From contig JABFXN010000117.1 of the NCBI GenBank assembly GCA_013361705.1, positions 3,022-67,021 on the forward strand: a stretch of DNA of 64,000 nucleotides, written 5' to 3'. Position 1 is the stretch's first letter. The number at the start of each line of letters is the position of its first letter. Of the stretch, positions 55,949-64,000 are shown piece after piece. A program made the translations under genes and the position numbers. Below the pieces are notes generated by a model. The model was not told the origin of the DNA. It made no database searches and was given only the letters and a program-made list of their open reading frames with translations. Origin of the DNA: Acidobacteriaceae bacterium (GTDB lineage: Bacteria > Acidobacteriota > Terriglobia > Terriglobales > Acidobacteriaceae).

Positions 55949-58303
55949 ATGAGTGAAAAACGCTGGGTCCTTTTGATCGCCTCCGAGGTTGGCGGCACCG
56001 AATCTGTATCCGACCGCGCCATGGGGCGTCTGGTCGAAGCCATCTCCGACGAAGGCTATGACGTCGTTCGTACGACGACGCCCGAAGATGGTCTCTCACT
56101 GGTCATCTCGGACCCCTCCTACTCCGCGGTTCTGCTTGACTGGGATCTCGAAGGCGACAGTCAATTCGAGGAGCGCGAGGCTGTACAAATTCTGCGCGCC
56201 GTACGCCGCCACAACAAAAAGATTCCGATCTTCCTCATCGCCGACCGCACCCTGGTCAGCGAGCTGCCGATCGAAGTCGTGAAGCAGGTGCACGAGTACA
56301 TCCACCTCTTCGGCGACACACCGGCCTTCATCGCCAACCGCGTCGACTTCGCCGTCGAGCGCTACCACGAGACCCTGCTGCCGCCCTACTTCCGCGAGTT
56401 GAAGAAGTACACCGACCAGGGCGCCTATAGCTGGGACGCACCCGGCCATATGGGCGGCGTAGCCTTCCTGAAACACCCCATCGGCATGGAGTTTCACCGC
56501 TTCTTCGGCGAGAACCTCATGCGCTCGGACCTCGGCATCTCCACCGCTCCACTGGGAAGCTGGCTCGACCACCTGGGACCTCCGGGCGACGCCGAGCGCA
56601 ATGCCGCCCGTATCTTCGGTGCGGACTGGACCTTCTTCGTCCTGGGCGGCTCGTCGAACTCCAACCAGATCGTCGGTCACGGCGTCATCGCGCAGGACGA
56701 TATCGTCCTCGCCGACGCCAACTGTCACAAGTCGATCTGCCACTCACTGACCGTCACCGGAGCTCGGCCCGTCTACTTCAAGCCGACGCGCAACGGCTAC
56801 GGCATGATCGGCCTGGTGCCGCTCAAGCGCTTCAGCGCGAAGAACGTGAAGGAACTCATCGCGAAGAGCCCGTTCTGCAAGGGCGCGGCCTCGCAGGAGG
56901 CGACCTATGCCGTCGTGACCAACTCCACCTACGACGGTCTCTGCTATGACGTGAATCGCGTTGTAAAGGAGCTGGCCGCCTCGGTTCCGCGTGTCCACTT
57001 TGACGAAGCCTGGTATGCCTACGCCAAGTTCCACCCCATCTACAAGGGCCGTTACGCCATGGGCGTTCCGGAAGATATGGCAAACCGTCCCGCGATTTTC
57101 GCGGTGCAGTCCACGCATAAGATGCTGCCGGCCTTCAGCATGGGATCGATGATCCACGTCAGCCTGTCGGAGCGCGCTCCGATGGACTTCGACCAGTTCA
57201 ACGAAGCCTTCATGATGCACGGCACCACTTCGCCGTTCTACCCGCTGATCGCCTCGCTCGATGTGGCCGCAGCGATGATGGATGAGCCCTCGGGCCCGAC
57301 GCTGATGGAAGACACCATTCAGGACGCCATCAGCTTCCGCAAGGCCATGTCTTCGGTCGCCCACCGTCTGCGCTCTACGGAAGACAACGGAGATGGCTGG
57401 TTCTTCCGCCTCTTCCAGCCGGAATCGGTTACCGATCCCGGCAGCGGCGAGACACACCTTTTCGAAGAGGCTCCCGACGAGCTGCTGGCCACAAATCCGT
57501 CCTGCTGGACCCTGAAGCCTGGCCACGACTGGCATGGCTACCAGGACGCCGATATCACTGACGAGTACTGCATGCTCGACCCCACCAAGGTCACCATCCT
57601 GATGCCGGGTGTCAACGCTCAGGGAGTGGTGAGCGATTGGGGAATCCCCGCCGCGATTCTCACGGAGTTTCTCGATTCTCGGCGCGTCGAGATCGCGCGT
57701 ACGGGGGACTACACCGTCCTGGTACTCTTCTCCGTCGGCACTTCGAAAGGAAAGTGGGGATCGCTGCTTGAAAACCTTTTCGAATTCAAGCGCCTCTACG
57801 ACAGCGAAGCTCCGCTCGAAGAAGCTTTGCCCGAATTGGTCGCTAAGTATCCTCAGCGCTATCGCAACGTCACACTGAAAGAGCTCTCCGATGAAATGCA
57901 TGCTGCGATGATCGAGCTCAATCTGCCGACCCTGGTCGACGCTGCCTGCGACGAAGACTTCGATCCCGTGCTGACGCCGTCGCAGACCTACCAGAAGCTC
58001 GTCCGCCACGAAACCGAGCGCTTGCCCTTCGCCAAGATGGCTGGCCGCATCGCTGCTGTGATGCTGGTTCCCTATCCCCCAGGCATCCCCATGTCGATGC
58101 CCGGCGAGCGCCTGGGTGGACCGAACAGCCCGGTCATCAAGCTCATCCTCGCGATGGAAGAGTTCGGCAAGCGCTTCCCCGGCTTCGAACGTGAAGTCCA
58201 CGGGATCGAGGTCGACGGCAACGGCAACTACTGGATGCGCGCCGTAATTGAGAAGGGTGTCCGCCGCAAGAAGAAGAAGCCGCGTCAGTCAGCGGCGAAG
58301 TAA
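55949..58303 (+). CDS. Large (fold-type I) Orn/Lys/Arg decarboxylase with N-terminal receiver-like wing domain
   Basis: 784 aa. It has an N-terminal CheY-like wing, the PLP Lys motif VQSTHKMLPAFS and a C-terminal YPPGIP block. Substrate cannot be assigned from the sequence alone. Confidence 0.9.
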   Translation: MSEKRWVLLIASEVGGTESVSDRAMGRLVEAISDEGYDVVRTTTPEDGLSLVISDPSYSAVLLDWDLEGDSQFEEREAVQILRAVRRHNKKIPIFLIADRTLVSELPIEVVKQVHEYIHLFGDTPAFIANRVDFAVERYHETLLPPYFRELKKYTDQGAYSWDAPGHMGGVAFLKHPIGMEFHRFFGENLMRSDLGISTAPLGSWLDHLGPPGDAERNAARIFGADWTFFVLGGSSNSNQIVGHGVIAQDDIVLADANCHKSICHSLTVTGARPVYFKPTRNGYGMIGLVPLKRFSAKNVKELIAKSPFCKGAASQEATYAVVTNSTYDGLCYDVNRVVKELAASVPRVHFDEAWYAYAKFHPIYKGRYAMGVPEDMANRPAIFAVQSTHKMLPAFSMGSMIHVSLSERAPMDFDQFNEAFMMHGTTSPFYPLIASLDVAAAMMDEPSGPTLMEDTIQDAISFRKAMSSVAHRLRSTEDNGDGWFFRLFQPESVTDPGSGETHLFEEAPDELLATNPSCWTLKPGHDWHGYQDADITDEYCMLDPTKVTILMPGVNAQGVVSDWGIPAAILTEFLDSRRVEIARTGDYTVLVLFSVGTSKGKWGSLLENLFEFKRLYDSEAPLEEALPELVAKYPQRYRNVTLKELSDEMHAAMIELNLPTLVDAACDEDFDPVLTPSQTYQKLVRHETERLPFAKMAGRIAAVMLVPYPPGIPMSMPGERLGGPNSPVIKLILAMEEFGKRFPGFEREVHGIEVDGNGNYWMRAVIEKGVRRKKKKPRQSAAK

Positions 58304-58308
58304 GACAT

Positions 58309-58340
58309 AAAACCCACGCCCGGCCGGGTGTGGGTTTTGT
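58309..58340 (+). terminator. Rho-independent terminator after the decarboxylase
   Basis: AAAACCCACGCCCG-G-CCGGGTGTGGGTTTT hairpin followed by GTGTTT. Confidence 0.7.
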
Positions 58341-58478
58341 GTTTCAGTCCGAGCCCCGTGGCTGTTTTTTGTTAGTCATCCCGCAGGGATCTGCTTTTCG
58401 CTTCGCCAAGACGTAAAAGCAGATTTTTCCGTTGTCTACGAAATGACAAACAAAATGTTCAGCGCTAGAAGAATGCTT

Positions 58479-59240
58479 CTAGCCAACAACGTTCTTCAAC
58501 GAACCAATCCCCTGAATCCGAACCTCTACCGCGTCACCGCTCTGCATCGGGCCAACGCCGGCCGGCGTTCCAGTAGGAATCAGATCTCCCGGCTCCAGCG
58601 TCATCACCGCGGTGATGTAACGCAGTAGATCGGGAATCGGGAAGATAAAGTCGCGGGTCTCGCCGTGCTGGCGAACTTCTCCGTTCAGCAGCGTCTCGAC
58701 GGCGATGGAACCCTGAAGCGGATCCACCTCATCGGTCACCAGAGGTCCTACCGGACAGGAGGTATCGAAGCCCTTCCCGCGCGTCCACTGTCCGTCAGCC
58801 TTCTGAATATCGCGCATGGTGACGTCGTTCACGATGGTGTAGCCGCGGATGTAGCCGCGCACATCCTCATCCGGCCCGATGCGGCTGGCTCGTTTCCCAA
58901 TGACGATGCCAAGCTCTCCCTCGAAGTCCAGACGCTGCGTAATGGCCGGCTTCCAGATAGCGCCTCCCGGCGCCAGCAGGGCCGACGGAGGCTTGAGAAA
59001 AAGCAACGGCTCTTTGGGAACGTCGTTGCCCATCTCGGCGGCGTGGTCGCGATAGTTGCGACCTACGCAGAGAATCTTCGAGGGCTCGACCGGCGCCAGC
59101 AGCTCAGCTCGGTCCAGAGCAAGACTCATCGGCGCGCCGTTTGCCAGGCCTTCGAAGCCGGAAGCATGGGCGACGATGCTGTTTCCTTCGATACGTCCAT
59201 AAAACGGCTGGCCATCGGCGAGAAATCGGCAGTACTTCAT
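58479..59240 (-). CDS. Fumarylacetoacetate hydrolase (FAH)-family protein
   Basis: Blocks typical of the FAH/HpcE family (KILCVGRNY, DFEGELGIVIGK, GDLIPTGTPAGVG). Confidence 0.9.
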   Translation of the reverse strand: MKYCRFLADGQPFYGRIEGNSIVAHASGFEGLANGAPMSLALDRAELLAPVEPSKILCVGRNYRDHAAEMGNDVPKEPLLFLKPPSALLAPGGAIWKPAITQRLDFEGELGIVIGKRASRIGPDEDVRGYIRGYTIVNDVTMRDIQKADGQWTRGKGFDTSCPVGPLVTDEVDPLQGSIAVETLLNGEVRQHGETRDFIFPIPDLLRYITAVMTLEPGDLIPTGTPAGVGPMQSGDAVEVRIQGIGSLKNVVG

Positions 59241-60313
59241 CGCATCTCCTCAGTGACTGGTTCGCTCTTTCCGCTCTCATTGCCGGCGCGGTCCACGGCA
59301 GCAACCCGATAGCGATACTGTTTGCCTTTTATTGCCGTCGTGTCTGTAAACTGCGGCGCTGTGACCGGCATAGCAGTCAGGCGAAGCTCTCCGGAGTCAT
59401 CGACACGATAGACCACGTATCCCGCCAGGTCGGTCTCAGTTCCCGGCTGCCACGATAGAGAGATGCCTGACTCAGAGGACAGGACCTCCAGGGACTGCGG
59501 AACTGCAGGTGGCGTCGTGTCCCGCAGGATGCCCGTATCCAGCTCTGTAACCTCACCGCCCACCCAGATCTCGTCCTTACCCAGCTGCAGACGACGGCGC
59601 CGCTCAAGACGATACACGTAACGTTGGCCCGCCTCTGCCGTACCGTCGACAGCACCGCCAGGGTCTCCCCCGGTTGCCGGTACGGCGAGCACGGTCTGCT
59701 GTTGCTGCTGCGACCGCTTGCGCTCAATGGATGTCTTCTTGGGCTGCGCCTTATCCGGCTCGATGCGCTCGATCCGGACCTCGTCAAACGGCATGGCAGA
59801 TGGTATCCAGCGCAGCAATAATCCCGTGCCTCCAAGTGAGGCCTGCAGGCCCTGGATCTGATCGGGAGCGTCACCCCCGGCAACTGTTACTGGCTTCGAC
59901 CATCCCGCCGCACGTCCACCAGCATTTGTGATGCGTACCTGGTAGTGCACCTCCACGGATGCACCAGATGCAAGATTCTGAGGCAACGTGTCTTGTAAGT
60001 TGTTGATCTTACTTATTGGCACTTTGATCACAGGCGCACACTCCGATGTGCCCTCGCTGCGGCAGATCTCCACGTTGGAGTCGCGGTCCAGAGGCTCATT
60101 ATCGGTTGTCGTCTTCGGGAGCGTGAGATGAAGAGTCACTCGGGTTCCCTGTCGAACTGCCGAAAGATCGTTAGGAACGCGCGCAAGATGAAGTGACGGT
60201 GGTTTTGGCGGCCCGGGATTCGCACAGCCCATTGCCGCGAAAAGGGAGCAAGATGCACATAAATAAGCTTTTCTTTGCCTTAGTCGCATCCGTCTCGAAA
60301 CCAGCACCACCAC
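59237..60313 (-). CDS. Lipoprotein with fibronectin-III-like repeats (hypothetical)
   Basis: Lipobox LFAAMGC and two segments with an Fn3-like pattern (..LSWQPGTETDLAGYVVYR..). An alternative start is at 60289. The stop overlaps the FAH start (ATGA). Confidence 0.55.
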   Translation of the reverse strand: MVVLVSRRMRLRQRKAYLCASCSLFAAMGCANPGPPKPPSLHLARVPNDLSAVRQGTRVTLHLTLPKTTTDNEPLDRDSNVEICRSEGTSECAPVIKVPISKINNLQDTLPQNLASGASVEVHYQVRITNAGGRAAGWSKPVTVAGGDAPDQIQGLQASLGGTGLLLRWIPSAMPFDEVRIERIEPDKAQPKKTSIERKRSQQQQQTVLAVPATGGDPGGAVDGTAEAGQRYVYRLERRRRLQLGKDEIWVGGEVTELDTGILRDTTPPAVPQSLEVLSSESGISLSWQPGTETDLAGYVVYRVDDSGELRLTAMPVTAPQFTDTTAIKGKQYRYRVAAVDRAGNESGKSEPVTEEMR

Positions 60314-60422
60314 CTAGAGACTAGCATTCCGTTCTTGTTGTTTCCGCCGTAAGCAATTTGCTGAACGGCCAAAATCCGATGTTCGCGACATAATGTATCC
60401 CCCCTGCAGGAGAGAAAAACGC

Positions 60423-61148
60423 ATGTCCCTCACCGCATCCCTTCCGGAAGATCCCGTCTCCTCGGACCCAATTTCAGGTGCTGCCGAATCAAGCATCCAG
60501 GAAAAACGCCTTGGCGAACGGGTCAAGGCATTGCGCCTGAAGAAATCCATGGGCCTGGTGGAGCTGGGGCGCCACACTGGTCTCTCGGCGAGTTTCCTCT
60601 CGCAGATCGAGACCGGACGTGTGGTGCCGACCCTGCGCAACCTGGCACGCATTGCCCTGGTCTTCTCCAAGGACCTCTCCTACTTTTTCGAGCCGGAGCC
60701 ACGTCCGCTCTTCCGCATCCACCGCGCCAATGAGCGCGTGAAGATGCCGCAGTCCGGCACCGAAAACCCCGCCTATTACTTTGAAAACCTGGGATATCTG
60801 GTTCCCGATCGCCAGCTCGACCCTTATCTTGCTGAGTTTCTGCCGCCGCAGCCCGGCCGCGAGACGCGCGCTCATCAGCACCCGGGGCATGAGTTCCTGT
60901 ATCTATTGCATGGCCAGTTGCAAGTCACCCATGGCGGGCAAACCCATCTGCTTGAGGCCGACGATGCGATCTACTTCGATTCCGGCACCACTCACAGCTA
61001 CCAGTGCGTTGGAGAGACCCATGCCCGCGCCCTGATTATCAGCATGCAGGGAGCACAGCAGGTTGACCCGGCACAGCGGCCGCCCGCGAACCCACCAAAC
61101 GGTTCCCGGCGCCTGGCTGTCGTGAATCGTCCACAGCAAAGCGCCTGA
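60423..61148 (+). CDS. XRE-family HTH regulator with C-terminal cupin domain
   Basis: HTH LGERVKALRLKKSMGLVELGRHTGLSASFLSQIETG, and a cupin with HQHPGHEFLYLLHG...YFDSGTTH. Confidence 0.8.
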   Translation: MSLTASLPEDPVSSDPISGAAESSIQEKRLGERVKALRLKKSMGLVELGRHTGLSASFLSQIETGRVVPTLRNLARIALVFSKDLSYFFEPEPRPLFRIHRANERVKMPQSGTENPAYYFENLGYLVPDRQLDPYLAEFLPPQPGRETRAHQHPGHEFLYLLHGQLQVTHGGQTHLLEADDAIYFDSGTTHSYQCVGETHARALIISMQGAQQVDPAQRPPANPPNGSRRLAVVNRPQQSA

Positions 61149-61194
61149 AGCCGGGGGACCCGATGCTCCACCTGATTCGAGTTCCGCTCGAATG

Positions 61195-61290
61195 TCCCAC
61201 CCATTGCGTATCGGGGTCCCCGACAAACTTCGTTCGTCGGGGTGAGTTGCAAATGGATCGGGCACCCAGAGTATGGCTACTCGAATTTGT
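61195..61290 (+). repeat. GC-rich intergenic repeat (family R1), copy 4
   Basis: Hairpin CCCCGACAAA-CTTCG-TTCGTCGGGG (61218-61242), then GGGCACCCAGAGTATGGC (61260-61277) and TACTCGAAT. It is collinear with copy 1. Confidence 0.7.
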
Positions 61291-61301
61291 CGAGACGCTT
61301 C

Positions 61302-61877
61302 TTACGGAATCAGCTTTTCCTGCAGGCCGGCGGAACCTACGGCAGACCCCAGGAAGAGCTCTTCCACGTCGAGCCAGTTATTCACCCGCCGGTAGCCCTT
61401 GATCAGCTTGTTGTGCGGCGAGGTGAACAGGATGCCTTCGCCTTTGAACCTGCGGAATTGGCGGGGATTGTCGTCGATCAGATAGTCCGCATCGATGATT
61501 CCCTTGTCCCCGCAGAAGACGATATGCGAGGGCGGAAGGAAGGGGAAGTGGCGCTCCAGCCAGCGGAACTTCGCTGCGAACGAAGAAGGCACTTCCATGG
61601 CGGCCGAGGCGATAAAGACCTCATACCGTGCCTGCAGCGCCTGAATCACCCGCTGCGCATCTTCCATGATGGGCAGGTCGGCGAAGAAGTCCTCACTGGA
61701 CAGGTACTGCTGCAGCACATGGTGGCGGTCGAGCGCGACAACGTCCCAGAGCCACTTGCCGGTGAGATCTTCTTTTGTAATCTGCTCACCGTGGTCGCGG
61801 TTGTAACGGGCAATGTGCTCACTGAGCGTGTCCGCCATCACCTCGTCCATATCGATTGCGATTCTTTTCAGTGACAT
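61302..61877 (-). CDS. HAD-superfamily 5'(3')-deoxyribonucleotidase (NT5C/YorS-like)
   Basis: IAIDMDEVMAD (DxDxV/T HAD motif I) and overall NT5C-like length and pattern. Confidence 0.75.
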   Translation of the reverse strand: MSLKRIAIDMDEVMADTLSEHIARYNRDHGEQITKEDLTGKWLWDVVALDRHHVLQQYLSSEDFFADLPIMEDAQRVIQALQARYEVFIASAAMEVPSSFAAKFRWLERHFPFLPPSHIVFCGDKGIIDADYLIDDNPRQFRRFKGEGILFTSPHNKLIKGYRRVNNWLDVEELFLGSAVGSAGLQEKLIP

Positions 61878-62005
61878 AGGGCTTATATATCAATCGTACC
61901 GCGCTCAGCCCGCCTAGGAAACCTCGGTGGATTAATGAGCCAGTCCAGAGCTGATGAATAAACTGCATCGGACCACTAACCGACACATCCAAAACCCTAG
62001 CAACA

Positions 62006-62117
62006 GAGCATTTTCCCTGTAGGTTTAGTGTTGGGCTTACGCATCCTTGGGCGTTTTCCTCATTGAAAACGCCGCTGCAAGCCCCCTCTGGGATACCAAG
62101 CAAAAGTGAAAATGCTC
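62006..62117 (+). repeat. 112-nt structured repeat (family R4), copy B
   Basis: GAGCATTTTCCCTGT...GAAAATGCTC ends, a perfect internal hairpin GGCGTTTTC-CTCATT-GAAAACGCC, and a T8 tract 7 nt downstream. It lies in the divergent region before the MFS gene. Confidence 0.75.
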
Positions 62118-62142
62118 CAAACCCTTTTTTTTGCCGGAACTT

Positions 62143-63786
62143 ATGAGCGCTACAGCGACCCTGGACGAAACTACCTCCGCGCCTGCCGCCCCAGCACAGC
62201 CATGGCGTCCCAAGATCAACCCGTGGGTCATCGCCATGACGGTCACGCTGGCCACATTCATGGAGGTGCTGGATACCTCCATCGCAAACGTGGCGCTGCC
62301 GCACATCGCCGGCGGCCTGGGAGCCAGCCAGGATGAAGCCACCTGGGTACTGACCGCCTATCTGGTGGCGAACGCCATCATTCTGCCGGCGGGCGCCTAT
62401 ATGACGACCTTCATCGGTCGTAAGAAGTTCTACATGATCTGCGTGGCGCTCTTCGGTCTCTCTTCGGCGCTCTGCGGTCTGGCGCCCTCGCTGCCCCTGC
62501 TGGTCTTCTTCCGCATCCTGCAGGGTGTTGGCGGCGGTGGCCTCGCGCCCTCCGAACAGGCAATTCTGGCCGATACCTTCCCACCTGAGAAACGAGGTCA
62601 GGCCTTCGCGATGTATGGCCTCGCCGTCGTCGTTGCTCCGGCTATTGGACCGACTCTGGGCGGATGGATCACTGATAACTACGACTGGCGATGGATCTTC
62701 TTCCTCAATGTGCCCATCTGTCTACTGTCGCTCTTCCTCACCAGCCGTATCGTGGAAGATCCGCCGTATGTTCACAAGCAGGTCGCCGAAGCGCAGAAGG
62801 GCGGCATCAAGCTCGACTTCCTGGGATTCGCCCTGCTGGGTATGACCTTCGGTTCGCTGGAGTTCGTGCTCGATAAGGGCCAGGAAGACGACTGGTTCTC
62901 CTCGCGCGCTATCACCTTCTTCACCGTGCTGATGGTCACCGCTTTCATCGCCATGATCTGGTGGGAACTTAAGCAGCTTCGCACCGGCCATCGGCCAATC
63001 GTGAACCTGACGCTCTTCAAGCGTCCCAACTTCGCCATCAGCTTCATCCTGATGTTCGTCCTGGGCTTCACGCTCTACGGAACTACCATCCTGATTCCGC
63101 AGTTCGTGCAGACGCTATTGGGATACACCGCAGAGCTCGCCGGCAAAGTACTGTCACCCGCGGGCTTCATGATGATGGCAATGATGCCGGTGGTCGGCTT
63201 CCTTTCAAGCAAGGTCGATCCACGCAAACTCATCGCCTTCGGCTTTACCTCGCTGACCCTATCCCTGATCAACATGGCAAGGTTAAACCTGGATGTCAGC
63301 TACGGAGTCCTGGTCCTAATGCGTATTTTCCAGGCCTCGGGTCTTGCCTTTCTGTTCATTCCAATCAACACCATTGCGTATATCGGAGTGAAGCAGAGTG
63401 AGAACAACGATGTCTCCGGACTGACGAACCTCGCCCGTAATGTGGGTGGAAGCTGCGGTACCGCCTTCATGGCCACCATGCTCACGCGCCGCATCGCTGC
63501 GCATGAGAACTCGATGATCCGCAACCTGACACCTGGCGATAGGAATTTCATGGACCGTGTGCACTCCTTCGCCAACTCCTTTGCCGGCGGCAACGGAGGT
63601 TCGGACTCCCAGGGAGCACTGCATACGGCTCAGGCTTATATCTACAACATGCTGCATCGTCAGGCATCCGCCCTGGCGTACATCGATGTCATTCGCTACC
63701 TCACGATCTTCTGCGCTCTCATGCTGCCGCTGCTGTTCCTGATTCCGCGGCCACCGAAGGGCGCCAGCGCATCGGCGGGACACTAG
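62143..63786 (+). CDS. MFS transporter, DHA2 (EmrB/QacA, 14-TM) drug:H+ antiporter family
   Basis: FMEVLDTSIANVALPHIAG, LQGVGGGGL and a 14-TM pattern. I chose the ATG at 62143, because the track ORF starts at a TTG at 62131. Confidence 0.9.
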   Translation: MSATATLDETTSAPAAPAQPWRPKINPWVIAMTVTLATFMEVLDTSIANVALPHIAGGLGASQDEATWVLTAYLVANAIILPAGAYMTTFIGRKKFYMICVALFGLSSALCGLAPSLPLLVFFRILQGVGGGGLAPSEQAILADTFPPEKRGQAFAMYGLAVVVAPAIGPTLGGWITDNYDWRWIFFLNVPICLLSLFLTSRIVEDPPYVHKQVAEAQKGGIKLDFLGFALLGMTFGSLEFVLDKGQEDDWFSSRAITFFTVLMVTAFIAMIWWELKQLRTGHRPIVNLTLFKRPNFAISFILMFVLGFTLYGTTILIPQFVQTLLGYTAELAGKVLSPAGFMMMAMMPVVGFLSSKVDPRKLIAFGFTSLTLSLINMARLNLDVSYGVLVLMRIFQASGLAFLFIPINTIAYIGVKQSENNDVSGLTNLARNVGGSCGTAFMATMLTRRIAAHENSMIRNLTPGDRNFMDRVHSFANSFAGGNGGSDSQGALHTAQAYIYNMLHRQASALAYIDVIRYLTIFCALMLPLLFLIPRPPKGASASAGH

Positions 63787-63799
63787 ACCGAAGAACAAT

Positions 63800-63832
63800 C
63801 TTACCCGCCCTCGCGGAGCTAGGGCGGGTAAG
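63800..63832 (+). terminator. Hairpin after the MFS gene (possible terminator, no clear U-tract)
   Basis: CTTACCCGCCCT-loop-AGGGCGGGTAAG. Confidence 0.4.
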
Positions 63833-63878
63833 GAAGCCCCGATTCCTAATAAGCCACAAAGATTTGTTTTTCTTCATT

Positions 63879-63913
63879 CCATAAAAAGAGAGGCGGCCAC
63901 ACTGGCCGCCTCT
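63879..63913 (-). terminator. Rho-independent terminator for the minus-strand gene entering from the right edge
   Basis: AGAGGCGGCC-loop-GGCCGCCTCT followed on the minus strand by CTTTTTAT. Confidence 0.6.
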
Positions 63914-63936
63914 TTCGTCTTCGACGCTGGTTCCCT

Positions 63937-64000
63937 CTACAACAGATCATGATTGCGTTCCGGGAACTGGCGCTGATGCCAATAGGGATACCCTGCCGTT
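63937..64000 (-). CDS. 3' end of an unidentified minus-strand gene (partial)
   Basis: The minus frame is open from the window edge, reading ..TAGYPYWHQRQFPERNHDLL, with TAG at 63937-63939. A terminator follows. It is too short to identify. Confidence 0.3.
   Translation of the reverse strand, partial: TAGYPYWHQRQFPERNHDLL

Noticed and set aside
56096-58201. 215-aa and 485-aa minus-strand ORFs
   Set aside because: They are antisense to the decarboxylase, which has a clear PLP-Lys motif.
58380-58484. Inverted repeats ATCTGCTTTT/AAAAGCAGAT and GCTAGAAG/CTTCTAGC between the decarboxylase and the FAH gene
   Set aside because: They are best explained as ordinary terminator hairpins of the convergent genes. 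There is only a single copy in the window, so no repeat family can be claimed.

Overview
This is a high-GC bacterial chromosomal segment. Gene content, AQQ-type signal peptides, squalene-hopene cyclase and the intergenic repeat families suggest Acidobacteriota (Terriglobia-like), but that is inference only. I support about 58 protein-coding genes, mostly housekeeping: metE, rpmI-rplT, a nadC-birA-coaX-(unknown)-RNA methyltransferase-comEC string, ppc, an ABC-F ATPase, typA, tal, nrdAB, shc and a large PLP decarboxylase. I saw no rRNA, tRNA, CRISPR array, transposase, integrase or phage genes. Two cobalamin riboswitches are readable directly: a full-length one before metE and a short variant before nrdAB. 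There are two lower-GC type II toxin-antitoxin loci (AbrB/PIN and HigBA). I do not see a convincing new defence or mobile system. The best candidates for under-described biology are: (1) a partner-switching operon with no sigma factor and two different PP2C phosphatases, next to a large decarboxylase; (2) a circularly permuted ATP-grasp / alpha-E / transglutaminase operon; (3) a DprE1/DprE2-like epimerase pair outside Actinobacteria; (4) four families of structured intergenic repeats, including a 112-nt element present twice. Long antisense ORFs in the track are treated as GC artefacts. All domain calls come from motif recognition by eye, with no database searches.
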